DNA of 64,000 nt from Epithemia pelagica. Its lineage: Eukaryota > Protista > Bacillariophyta. The position numbers and the translations under genes were made by a program. The stretch lies in the NCBI GenBank assembly GCA_946965045.2, contig OX337240.1, forward strand, positions 1,860,001 through 1,924,000. Reading direction: 5' to 3'. Below, one piece after another: positions 25,801 through 34,406 of the stretch. Position 1 is the stretch's first letter; every line of letters begins with the position of its first letter. The notes beneath the pieces are model-generated. The model saw only the letters and a program-made list of their open reading frames with translations. It was not told the origin of the DNA and searched no databases.

Positions 25801-28343
25801 TACCATTCTTCGTTCTTTACTCTTTGGTAGGCCTGTGCGATGGTAAGTTTCGGCTCTTGATGTTGCAGAGCGTAAACGGTGTACTGCGCTCTCTCATAAC
25901 GCATTCCGTCTCGTCTTGCTTTTGCTGCTTCTTCCTCTATGGAGATCCGTGGATCTGTTGCAGGAGGACGTGGTCCTGGTTGAAAGCTTCTTGCCCATTC
26001 TTCTAAAGTTCTCACAGAAGGACGAGGTTGGAGAATGAGTCGAGGAGGTGAAGTGTGGTCCATCTGGATAGGTGAGATATCTGGTTGCATTGCTGCAGGT
26101 TTCCTATCCTCTTGTTCCTCACCACTTGCAATCTCTCCTCTCTGCAAGTTCTTGAGAGGGGTCATTGAGATATTGTCATCGCTCAAAACCGAGCTGTCCT
26201 GTGTCGTATCGAGGATCGAGCTCATTGTTGTGTTGTGGGAACGCATATGTGTGTCGTCACTACCAAGGTTGAGTTGAGAGCTGTCAAAGCTCGCTTCGTG
26301 TGCAGCTGTGTTTGCTTCAACAGTTTGGATGGCCATGCTTAGATCCGTGTCCATGTTTTGGTTCTTGCTTGATGTGTCATACCAGGAGTTGATATCCTCC
26401 CATTCGTCGAAATACAATGTATTTGCTTCGGCTTCTGTCTCACTACCACATCTCTTTTCACAGCAGTGACGACGTACAAGAGGTGGTAGAGAAGGGAAGG
26501 ACTCATCGGATGCAACAATTGACTCTCCAGACCCAACAATCAACCCCAGAGGAGTTCCTCCCTCTGTTTTCCGTTCTTCGGTGATGTGGTCCACACAACA
26601 ATTTGTTTCTTCTTGGTTCTGTGGAGGATCCTTATTTGAATGGGAGGACCATTCCAGGGAGGATGTGTCTGCCGAGTGGTGATCAAAGTTGGGATTGTTG
26701 ACTGGGTGCTGAATCATGTTGGTTCCGTGTACTTCCATGAAGTCGCATTGCATGACAAAGGCGCACAAGTCGAAGTCCTGTGTATTGGTATATCCTTTGT
26801 CGTCTTCTTCAAGAGACATGCAATCTGGAAGATCTTTCCAGTCGTTGGTATTACAGTCTTGGTCATGACAAAGCACACAACAATCAAACTCCGTTTTCCA
26901 AGCGGACACATCAAACTCGAGCTTGTGGGCTCGGGATTCCTTGGTGCCGTGCTTGTTTTTCTTGTATCCAACAATATGCTTGGCGGTCCCATGGGTGTCA
27001 TTCCATCGTTTACAGATGGCACACCAGTAATACATAACCCCGTCTACGATCATGGATTCAGGTTCATGAGAGGCCGGAGGCACAAGCCGCCACGGATGCA
27101 CCTTTGAACGGTCAACTCGAGTCATATTCTTTTTGTGTTGGGGTTTCTTCTTTCCCCCTTTGTCGCGGTGACCGGTCGAGGGATTGCGTGGTCCAGTGGA
27201 TGGAGAAGGGGTGGGGTTATGGCCAGGGGGGTGTTTCAGCGAATTGATGAGGGCATTCAAGCTTGCCTGGGTCATGGCACCCTTATGACCACTACTGCGA
27301 TTCTGTCGAGGGGACGGAGTAGTTTTCGCGATTGCTTTGTTTGCTCCAAACGAGGTAGGTGGCGCTTTGGAGTCAGTGGCATGCTGCTTGGGGCGCCACT
27401 CGCCATCCTTGACACTAACCAAATATTTTGTGTTTGCTGTTTCAATGATATCGGTATACCACAGCTTTTCTTTTCGCATTTTCAGATCAGCAGTGGTGCG
27501 ATCCTGGAAGCGAACTTCGATGATGGTGTCGTTTAGATTCTTGGCCAAGTACATGAGCTCAAACTTGGGAGTGTCTGGCCACTCGGCACGTAGTATATTG
27601 GTCATCAAGCTAGCGGTCAGGGTGTGATCATACAACCCAGCGGCGATCAGCGGTCGCGCCTTCTGCGAGAAGTCTTTGGTGAGTGCCATTATGTCTTGGC
27701 CCGGATATTTTTGAGGGAGTAATCCTCTCATATCTTTCTTCACCTGTTCCCAGTGTTGCGGTGAGTCATGGGTTACTATTTTCACGAGCACCATGAAAAG
27801 CTCGGGGAACGATTTGACGTCCCGTGCTTGATCTTGCACTTCCCTTCTGAATCCCTTTTCAAGACAGTCGAACAGGAAATCTCGTGCGCTCACATCATTG
27901 TTGCGATCATACTGATTGTACTGAGTCATCTGCACGTCCATCAACTCCTTGACCTTGCTGGGAGTGTATTTGGGATGTTCAGTCACAATGAAGAGCATTT
28001 CGGTAGGATCAAGGGGATTACGTAAGTACGCGATCGAGTCCATGCCATGCATGACAAGGTGTTGCTCAATATCGTCCTTCAATCGACTAAAGTCTCCTTT
28101 CTTTTTGTCAAACTTGTCTTCAGGTCCTGTCACTCGGTCCTTGAACCGCTTGTCGTTGAAGGTACGTACTTGAAGTGCACGCAAGTATTCTTGTCTTGCG
28201 GTTGGGTCTAACCCTTTCCAATCTGCTTTGGGTTTCCCGCCAGTCCAGATGACAAACTCATCTCGTTTGCTCTGGAAGATGCCGCCGATCTTAGGCTTGG
28301 TCGGCTTAAACACAGTGGGTGGAGCGTCCTCCTCCTCGGTCAT
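19890..28343 (-). CDS. gag-pol: Copia A gag-pol polyprotein (frame open to 28529; first ATG at 28343)
   Basis: Knuckle YYWCAICKRWNDTH; protease IIWDSGAS; integrase HNRFGH/CAAC, VSVDH, TDNG, AERAIQ; RT YGLSSAP and LWVDD; RNase H CYVDADFAG and FEDNSG. No stops or frameshifts. Confidence 0.93.
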   Translation of the reverse strand: MTEEEDAPPTVFKPTKPKIGGIFQSKRDEFVIWTGGKPKADWKGLDPTARQEYLRALQVRTFNDKRFKDRVTGPEDKFDKKKGDFSRLKDDIEQHLVMHGMDSIAYLRNPLDPTEMLFIVTEHPKYTPSKVKELMDVQMTQYNQYDRNNDVSARDFLFDCLEKGFRREVQDQARDVKSFPELFMVLVKIVTHDSPQHWEQVKKDMRGLLPQKYPGQDIMALTKDFSQKARPLIAAGLYDHTLTASLMTNILRAEWPDTPKFELMYLAKNLNDTIIEVRFQDRTTADLKMRKEKLWYTDIIETANTKYLVSVKDGEWRPKQHATDSKAPPTSFGANKAIAKTTPSPRQNRSSGHKGAMTQASLNALINSLKHPPGHNPTPSPSTGPRNPSTGHRDKGGKKKPQHKKNMTRVDRSKVHPWRLVPPASHEPESMIVDGVMYYWCAICKRWNDTHGTAKHIVGYKKNKHGTKESRAHKLEFDVSAWKTEFDCCVLCHDQDCNTNDWKDLPDCMSLEEDDKGYTNTQDFDLCAFVMQCDFMEVHGTNMIQHPVNNPNFDHHSADTSSLEWSSHSNKDPPQNQEETNCCVDHITEERKTEGGTPLGLIVGSGESIVASDESFPSLPPLVRRHCCEKRCGSETEAEANTLYFDEWEDINSWYDTSSKNQNMDTDLSMAIQTVEANTAAHEASFDSSQLNLGSDDTHMRSHNTTMSSILDTTQDSSVLSDDNISMTPLKNLQRGEIASGEEQEDRKPAAMQPDISPIQMDHTSPPRLILQPRPSVRTLEEWARSFQPGPRPPATDPRISIEEEAAKARRDGMRYERAQYTVYALQHQEPKLTIAQAYQRVKNEEWYLGWYLDGTRIPHHPNPAPVWPGLEIQSDPPPCLLRARIMEHRPIERGYHAQFVALLNQSNATPSPVNISDPPSVNLSSRSKACETLEQQAEDMADTADGERSFSSTSFVDTSNLGEQYVPTDASHTTNETDITYPRINPFAQYYAKMALIEIADSDSSSDDEEMTDANENLESEDEIDENNESPFVSLCDSIIQYLTCVPHSITVIHNVLGKHGFDQDPDKMDVLLTNATEELVTTRLTFNRESDPATRGELEIKLHNQGELVKELWIYTNAREQVEGSPYSNRSLPLTLIHEFAWDLAAGDLAPDIPTPVCPDRVRSDGSSSTVYPSQSQTPRDSPSKDFPDFDQFEMNYAPYSTFSDTTPGDTRGPTRVSNHTAPVGSAQTQGETTTISPFPWHMFAASFTTLLVVLSSILWILPAPHPLEHANNATISGFKSIWSGMTHLYLGIRDLTYGGSALVWSVLIHPSCQPAFFTWLCCWLAAFMVAPWESPSVAHTAPIRSLFSPQPQRPSAVNHFRVNLHPRCQAPPPLFGNTLLFHTFWCKIVGSILNGRVLSDCLRLIVVSVGKLLLSGRANCSKEGEHQPLSPRRAGPKRKRKSVFRPIHPAPVTKRARMRTRLTRVNRPSLQQRLRQQRIHSKKRRNPQEAYCTTPIDRYQNPHRANHPSNPMNHHRNRNSNNRPSTNPVDIFRNTRSAKEREMFALAACLEGPTLCDVFRTLGSTPHHQWEQITQAGLQACLQDPLALRSAMPHNASYPIIWDSGASISITNQTQDFIGTIQPLPNFNVKGIANRMKATGRGFVLWSVLDTEGKLRQLKLPAFLVPKTNARLLSTQSLLQTYDGEKIIQDGKTMVLTGMPGDKKRTQITILINPSNNLPMSYGYDHKEVKKSAHALSSIISETSQHNMNLSEAQQELVRWHNRFGHLSFRKVQFVMRTGVLATSEHKRRLHIKASTLTNLPLCAACQYGKQKRRPSPGTTSSIVKDRKGITKAENLYPGQCVSVDHFVCSTKGRRFNTQGSSASKDMYMGGAIFVDHASGYTWIGFQSHLNTHETLHVKNSFELFCRDVGVMPSQYLTDNGSAFTSAKYTVSLQTFAQTYRFAGVGAHHHAGIAERAIQTIMSIARTMMLHAAIHWPEMADPSLWPMAVSHATFLCNHVPNTATGISPHDLFTRTRWEQRKFHDLHVWGCPVYVLDKSMSDGKKLPRWKPRSTRCILMGLSNRHATTVPLVLNPSTGYITPQFHVVFDDWFSTIATSVEDVPDFTSTEWDQLFGESRYQYTEDETEENMESPTATDEVHRSKYENRLDHIHQSMDRHIPDNPLPIPTPPTLPPVSSHSAPVAEPTLPSEGVPHTPVAAPLPQRENTVLTPIAEQDPPSPPVMTPLKSATPKREQPPPEPTPPSSFRTSRRSGRTIRPPQRYVQDANLASLAPSYQPNDLLSMMKASISDPDTLSYDEAMRDNDIDRWKEAAENEIRELEEKGTWTEVPKSEATTRILPGTWVFKRKRSPDGEIRKYKARYCVRGDLQETEEENYSPVVNWSTIRIVLVLSLVLGWELACIDFNNAFVQATLHEPVWIHLPRGFRSSSPGTMCLRLLKSLYGLSSAPRLWYDHLVKALLEDGFQMSKHDKCLLYKKDIIIFLWVDDCGVCAPTMKLVDDLIERLKEKGLSLQKEGNFTDYLGINFVHDEKTKSITMTQKGLINKIIEATGLQDCKPNWTPATQLALGSDPDGEPMQEKWQYRSIVGMLLYLATNTRPDIAFAVSQVARFSTAPKKSHAAAIKTIVRYLVRTKDKGTIFTPTKDFKLDCYVDADFAGLHGREPQDNPVSAKSRTGYILSLSGCPLIWRSQLQSSVALSTLQAEYHALSQAMRSVIATRRVVEELLTNLDLPFEKPTIYSEVFEDNSGAFYLATKQRLTPRTKHFNTYLHFFWEHVGDHPGGTKVSMVSTEEQRADYFTKCQARDLFERCRKLNQGW

Positions 28344-28724
28344 GCTTGTTTGTCTTGACTCACCAATCAACCCGTCGGAGTTTTGCAATCTACCGGTTTG
28401 TTGGTCGTTGTTGGTGTCCTCCTCGTTGTTTGCAATCTGCGCCCCTGGAACTCCTGTATCAGTGACAGTGGTTTCTTGCTGGGGTTGTTCGTCGGAATCA
28501 AGAGAGGATAGTAAGTCGAAACTTCCCACTCCACTGGAGGAGGTTGGGGAGTCTTGGTCGTCAGCCGTGTTGGAGCTGGAATCAGGGAGAAGCTAAATAG
28601 CTTCAGCGCGCAAAGCGGTCGGGTAGACGCAATAATCCACCAGAGCTATTAGAAGGGACAAGCTCGATGTCTTGTCCTTGGGATCGATCGACAGATAAAA
28701 GCGTAGGGTTCGTCAGCCTCTATT

Positions 28725-28738
28725 TGGGCTCAATAACC
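28725..28738 (-). promoter_or_regulatory. Primer-binding site of copia A (half-tRNA-iMet type, with a one-nt bulge)
   Basis: GGTTATTGAGCCCA directly follows the 5' LTR; copia B has GGTTATGAGCCCA. Confidence 0.8.
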
Positions 28739-29456
28739 AGTTAGAAGGTGGGTAAAAAGCTAACTCTAGACGATGGAGTTAGATACAGTAGTTTCTCTAG
28801 GTCAACCTATATGCACAATAGACGATGGGGCCCTCACCTTCTATCAGCGTAATAGGTCGACTCCTCCGTTACAAAACAAGTTCGGTTATCAAACTGGATG
28901 TTTATAAAGAAGTGAGATTAAACTAAAGATTGTGTTTTTTTTATCTTGAGATGGTTTGGCTCCTCTCGGATCGTTCGGCCATCATCCCCCAAAATCTAGT
29001 CGTAGATGGGGAACGTATTCCTTACTTCAGTGGACAAGTACTATGGAGCTACGATTAGGGACTAATAGAACTTGTTCTACTCCATAGAGGAATGTGTTCC
29101 ATCTTGGGTTGGATCTCCTGTTGATGAAGATCAAGTTCTATTCTCGAGGATCACGTTCTTTCCTCGATCCTCGATTTATGTAGCCCTTACTTCCGAGTGT
29201 AGCTCGTCCAGCGTACATCTCTTCCGAATAGTAGGGGGCATAGTTATGCTTATCCACAAATTCCTGTTGCGGGTCCGTCTGTCCGTTCAACGGCCTACTT
29301 CTATTTAAGTACACGTAATGAATCTTGGATACACGTCAAGGTTTGTGTCGCATACAGCGGTTTGTAACAGATGTCTCAAACCTGGACGATAGACTAGGTG
29401 TGCTAGCTGGACTAGTTGATCGGATACAGACGTTGTAGAATAGCTATGTCTTAACT
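28739..29456 (-). repeat. 5' LTR of copia A (718 bp)
   Basis: Same sequence as 19101-19816. The only difference I saw is in the T-tract near 28935. Confidence 0.95.
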
Positions 29457-30130
29457 GGACGAACGTTCGCTGCCGTTGTCAGTCCCACCCCGAGATGACT
29501 CGAAGAAGTTTCACTGCCATTGGAGATATCGTCACTAGCCTTCTGTTCGAAACAATGTGGCTTACAGGCATTCAATTCACCACCATGAGTGTCACGACGC
29601 AAAGCGGGAGGACGGCGAATGGACAGCAATGTATTGCGAGTTTCGCTATCCAAAGAAGCATCTCCCATGAGTTGGGTTGTATCAAGACGGGAATCATCTT
29701 TTGCTTCCTCCAAGGTTCTCGTCAAGAACATTTCCATCGACGTGGACGACATTATTAATAAGATGTGCTGTGTGAGGTCGATTGTCTGAGTTGCGTAACT
29801 TCTCTGGAACGATATTAATATGAGAACAAACTGAGGGACTTGTTCTACACTGAAAGCCAACATCCCACATGGATTGGGAATGGTTTTTGATTTTTCGGGT
29901 GTGTTTTGTCATCCGTCCAGCGAAAGAAGAGTTTCGTTTTCCAAAACGGAACGAGTCTCTGCAAAGCAGAGTAGGGCTCATCGCTTTCCCCACAGCACCT
30001 CTACAGTCAAATGTTCTTGACACACTTGACTGGTGAATCCGACTGCAGGGGAAAAGGTGCTATGACGAAGTGTTTGTTTCATTTCGAAGACTCTCCGATA
30101 GAGATGCTATCTTTCCATCTTTCTCTGATG

Positions 30131-31187
30131 GGCGACAGCCTCCTCCTCGTATCCGGCTGGTGGTTCTCCCTGGACGTCTTCTACGGTGCCATTCCATGAT
30201 TCCTCGTCTTCCTCCTCGTCATGGTTGGATTGTTCCATGAAATTGAGTTTGGCCACCATTGCCGCACTCATTTCGGCCTTGTTGGCGGGTACCTTTTTGC
30301 GATTTGGAATCTTTTGTTTGGGAGCCTTGGTCACCGGCAGTGTCGTTTATTTGCTTTTGATGACCTTTTCCGAACCCTTGCACACTTCCACAGTGGATTG
30401 GCTCTATGTGGATCACTACCCGAATAATCTCCATGTTCAGCAACAAGACATGAATGACGAATTGTCTCTTTACGGTTGGTGTGTCACCGTCTTGATGGCT
30501 GTGATTGGCGGATGGTGGGTTCGATGGCATGAAGAAGCTACCTTGGAAGGATTGACCAGTGTCTTGGGTGCTATCGGCTTGAGCTTTAGTGTCCATACGA
30601 CACTCTTGTTGCATGGGACCTCATGTGACAAGAGTTGGGTTGTACTGGCGACCTGTTTGTCCACCTTGCTGGGATGGCATGTCCAACGACAACGACGACT
30701 CCGCAAACACTACCAGTATCGCTATCAACAATTGAAACAACACGATGTCGAATACACGGAGGAAGACAATCAAAACGATTTTGTGGGTCGCGATCCAAAC
30801 AAAACTCGTCGCGCACAAGACCATGGTGGTTGGTGTTCCCTTGCCGGTTGCTGCTCGACGAGTCGATCGAGCACTCGTCGCGCACCATCAAGCAACAACC
30901 ACGCAACAACAACAACCACCTTGCAACAAGCCTTACAGACTGTGTTGCATCATGCGGGGACCAACAACTCCAACGACAATTCGTCTCATCCTTCGACCAA
31001 GACAGCCACCGACACGACGACTGCTTCGTCGGAACAAATTTCGGAATTGATTACGGCCCTCCAATCGTTGAATCATCAATTGTTGCAACATCGAGGACCA
31101 CAAACACAAGCCGCCACAACGACCAATACGACTGCTACGAGTACAACTGCGAGCAGTACGGCCAGCGCCACGGACAAAACTTTGTAA
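30131..31187 (+). pseudogene. 5'-truncated copy of the TMEM198/DUF4203-like multi-pass membrane protein gene
   Basis: Matches the C-terminal ~60% of 62077-63726 and begins mid-gene at the B/C junction. The first in-frame ATG is at ~30237. Confidence 0.75.
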
Positions 31188-31398
31188 TCAATACGGTCAA
31201 ACAGAACGCTAAAGCTCCGAACGTGAGGACCACGAAACTAGACAATATTCCTACGGCAAAGGAAGCAACGGTTTTGAGCCAAAATCGAGATCCGTTCCTA
31301 TCTTCCTGAGCCATTCCCACTATAGTTTGTACAATGGAGAAGAAAAGCCACTCCCACTATAGATGCAGAGAAGAAGAAAACTCCAATGAACGCGTCGT

Positions 31399-31777
31399 AA
31401 TTCTACATCCGCTCCGCGGAGTGGGGAGGCACGAGGAGGGGCTATTGACTCCGAGAAGGGCAATAGCTCCGAGAAGTGGACCGCCTTCTAAATCCGCGTC
31501 AGCGGATTTGGCGGTCCACGACGAGGAGCTATTGCCCGCCGAGGAGTCAAAAGCCCCGACAAGTGCCCCCACGACCAGGAGGGGATGTCGCTTGCTTCTA
31601 TAACCTCCGAGTCCCCCCCTAATTAACTGTCACACTTTTTTTCCCAGGACTGTTTTTTTGCTCCGCACTATCTTTTTTAGCTCCGCACTTGCTCGCGTAT
31701 GAGAGCGCGGCCGTCGTGGGCAATATAAGGCTATATTAGACGAAAATCCTACTTCCATTCCGAGGAGCTATAGTAGT
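31399..31777. mobile_element. 379-bp TIR-less element with a nested hairpin, copy 2 (absent from the paralogous site)
   Basis: The paralog at ~61860 reads AACGCGTCGT-TTTAGACC without this segment. The hairpin at 31458-31537 is homologous to 2633-2718. Confidence 0.65.
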
Positions 31778-31984
31778 TTTAGACCTAACCTTACTACTGA
31801 GATAAGTTTGGCTCACCGATAGCTATGGTCGGAGGATGTCGGCACGAAAAATCAGTCGTGATCACGATCACCGCAAAAACTGAAAATACGTCGGCATGAA
31901 AAAACGGTGATTCACACCATTCCCGGCACACAAATCGCATTGCGGTAAGGAACAAACTTCCATAACCAAGATCTTCGTCTCATC

Positions 31985-33361
31985 ATGAGCAAAGCAAGCA
32001 AAGACGAAGACGCATCAATGCAGTCAGAAGAGTCAGAAGAGGAAACTGAACATTACGATGGAACTCAGTTGAAGAAACTCTTGGATGTCGTCAACCCGGT
32101 GGGCTCCTTTGCCACGAGCGGAGCTTTTCACCCGTTGGCCTTGAGCCCCACGATTGACGTGGAAGGTGTGGGAAGACTTGGACTTCCTCTCCACCCTATT
32201 ATGGCCAAGTATGTGAAAGACACTGTGGCTGAGATGGCTCCGTTTGGACGAGGACCGGATACTTTGGTGGATGAGTCGGTTCGCAAGACATGGAAGATTG
32301 AGCCAAACAAGGTTACTATAGGAGGAAAAGGTTGGAACGATACATTTGTCTGTCTGGTCAGGCAGGCATGCTACGAGCTTGGCATCTCCAATGAAAATGT
32401 CGACAAACTTGGTATCGAAGCTCATCTTTACAAGGTTCTCTTGTACGACCATGGCGGTCATTTCAAACCGCACAAGGATACGGTTAAAGAAAGTGGCATG
32501 TTCGGCACTCTTGTCCTCCAACTTCCCTGTAGCTTCGAGGGTGGTGATAGCTTCGTTTCTCACCAAGGCGTGACAAAGCAATTCGAGATTTCGAGGGATT
32601 GTCAATCGGTGTTCCGATACATGGCCTTTTACGCAGACTGTGAACATGAAATCACTCCCGTAACCGAAGGTTGGCGATTTTGTTTGGTCTATAATCTGGT
32701 CGTAAGCAAGCCCAATCCTAACGGAGTTGTCCCTGATGCTCTTGATGTGGAGTCCACCGTCAAGCGACTGCAGATTGAGGCTGCCAAATGGATGACGAGT
32801 TCAACAGGAAAGTTGGGATACTGTCTGGATCATGAGTATACCTTGGATAGTTTTGACTTCGGAACACTGAAAGGCCGTGATGCAGTAGTGCTGAGTGTGT
32901 TGCGTAACGCCAAAGATGATACTGGCAAACGTATGTTTGAGCTGTCTCTTGCAGCTTTCTGGCATGTGCTCGAATGTGATGCTTATGATTATGACGTCGA
33001 AAATAATTATGGGATTGAAATGATTGTATTGGAGAATGGAATGAAAAAAAGGTCTCCATGCAAACGAGACGCGATTGAGAGTTCAGTTTGGTGTGACAGT
33101 GTACTGTATTCGTCCGACGATGGATTCCTCAAGGAATTCGATGACCTCTCAAAAGATGAAAAAGAAACTGTGAGTGATGACAAAGAATCAACTTGGGGAG
33201 TGGATATTGGTAAGAGCCATAAAGTTTCAGTGGAGCATCATGAATATCGGGGAAATGAAGGAGGTGGAACCACAACAACTTATCGTTCGGCCTGTATTAT
33301 CTTCTACCCTGCTGCTGGTATGAGTTTGAACGACACGATTGTGTCGCTTTGCAAGGAATAA
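31985..33361 (+). CDS. 2-oxoglutarate/Fe(II)-dependent oxygenase (prolyl-4-hydroxylase-like superfamily), left copy
   Basis: LYKVLLY..GGHFKPHKD (HxD), GTLVLQLP and CEHEITPVTEGWRFCLVYNL (distal His and Arg). Confidence 0.88.
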   Translation: MSKASKDEDASMQSEESEEETEHYDGTQLKKLLDVVNPVGSFATSGAFHPLALSPTIDVEGVGRLGLPLHPIMAKYVKDTVAEMAPFGRGPDTLVDESVRKTWKIEPNKVTIGGKGWNDTFVCLVRQACYELGISNENVDKLGIEAHLYKVLLYDHGGHFKPHKDTVKESGMFGTLVLQLPCSFEGGDSFVSHQGVTKQFEISRDCQSVFRYMAFYADCEHEITPVTEGWRFCLVYNLVVSKPNPNGVVPDALDVESTVKRLQIEAAKWMTSSTGKLGYCLDHEYTLDSFDFGTLKGRDAVVLSVLRNAKDDTGKRMFELSLAAFWHVLECDAYDYDVENNYGIEMIVLENGMKKRSPCKRDAIESSVWCDSVLYSSDDGFLKEFDDLSKDEKETVSDDKESTWGVDIGKSHKVSVEHHEYRGNEGGGTTTTYRSACIIFYPAAGMSLNDTIVSLCKE

Positions 33362-34406
33362 AGAAAGATTGATAGGACCTCTTAGGGTAGGATTTTCTAT
33401 CTTTACTTCATGTCACAGGACCTTATGGTGGTTGCCGCCGCCGGGTGCGCGTTGTCAGTGTTGTTGTGTAGCGTTCTTGCGGTGCCATGATCGTTTTTTC
33501 ACAATGGCGTTGGTTGGTGATTGATGCAGCAAGGGTTCGTGAAACTGTCCCAGCACCGAACGTTCTAGGGTATCAATTCGGAATCCACCCGAATTCGTAA
33601 TCCGGCTTTCCAAAGGTTTTGTGACGGATCAGCTTTAACAACTAGCCTATTTGGTCCGCTTTCTGGGGCGCATCAACTCGTATATGAGAACAGTCCATCA
33701 TCTTGTGGTCGTGCTCATGGGATGCTTCATAATCGTGCTACGATTCAAAATGGGGACACACTAGGAACCTGTCGGCTTTTTCGCAATTGGTCCAAATGCT
33801 GGTGTCAAAAGCGGATGGTATGACCAACAGAAATTCGTTTCAACCTTACGACTCGCGAAATCCCCGTACCAGTTTGCCCCTTGTGCTCCGAAACTAGGTG
33901 CGAGGCTAAGCCGTTTGGACCGCCTGCGAACGAGGGGGGCTCATGCTTCCTTATACTCTGCCCGCGCTAGTGGAGGTCGAAGAGCAGTGAATCCATTGAC
34001 ATGGTTGGTGTGAGTATTTGTACGATGTGATATGCCCGTAGCAAAAACACTTGTAGACCACACCAACCTTTGACTCTTGCCAATTGGCAAATGACATTGG
34101 GAGGATCATGAAGGAGGGCGATGCGGCAATCACTGTTGTTGTCCGATACAAGAAAGGAGCTGTCGCCTCTCTCATTTGTCGAAAGGACAATAGCCAAGAC
34201 GCAATCCCACCACTCGGAAGAAACAGCAAGTTGAACGACGACTGTTCGGACAATTACAAGTGCCACTGCCGCTTGCGCAGTTTGAATCAAGGAAAAAAGT
34301 AAGCCACTTGGTTAAAACAATCAAATGCCAAAGACCATGTCGTTCTGTTGCACTCATGCATTCTGAATGACTGTAGTAGTCGTATAAATGCGGGATCATG
34401 GGCTTT

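Larger units (their letters stand above)
19101..29456 (-). mobile_element. Ty1/copia LTR retrotransposon A (CoDi-like), full length and apparently intact, 10.36 kb
   Basis: Two near-identical LTRs; 5-bp TSD GGACG (19096-19100 and 29457-29461) confirmed by the empty site at ~39940-39960; PBS, PPT and a single gag-pol ORF in PR-IN-RT-RH order. Confidence 0.97.
17703..29752 (-). pseudogene. Left copy of the 565-aa hypothetical gene, split by copia A (5' part 29752-29462, 3' part 19100-17703)
   Basis: MSSTSMEMF...NVRP precedes the insertion and KKKR.ELSSFFMK...DDWIL follows it; matches 39655-41352. Confidence 0.88.
14058..30130. repeat. Segmental duplication block B, inverted copy of ~39267-52267 (contains copia A, lacks copia B)
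   Basis: Collinear inverted homology of the CBM-like exon, the GT31-like gene, the intergenic region and the 565-aa gene. The empty site for copia B (GTTCG ATGTT CACTCC on the minus strand) lies near 16370. Confidence 0.92.

Noticed and set aside
30121-30199. New ATG created across the B/C junction, a possible chimeric gene
   Set aside because: It is out of frame with the TM gene and stops after 23 codons; the TM frame has a TGA immediately upstream of the junction.
33419-33605. 187-bp segment present only in the left copy
   Set aside because: No TIR, TSD or poly-A seen; more simply a deletion in the right copy.
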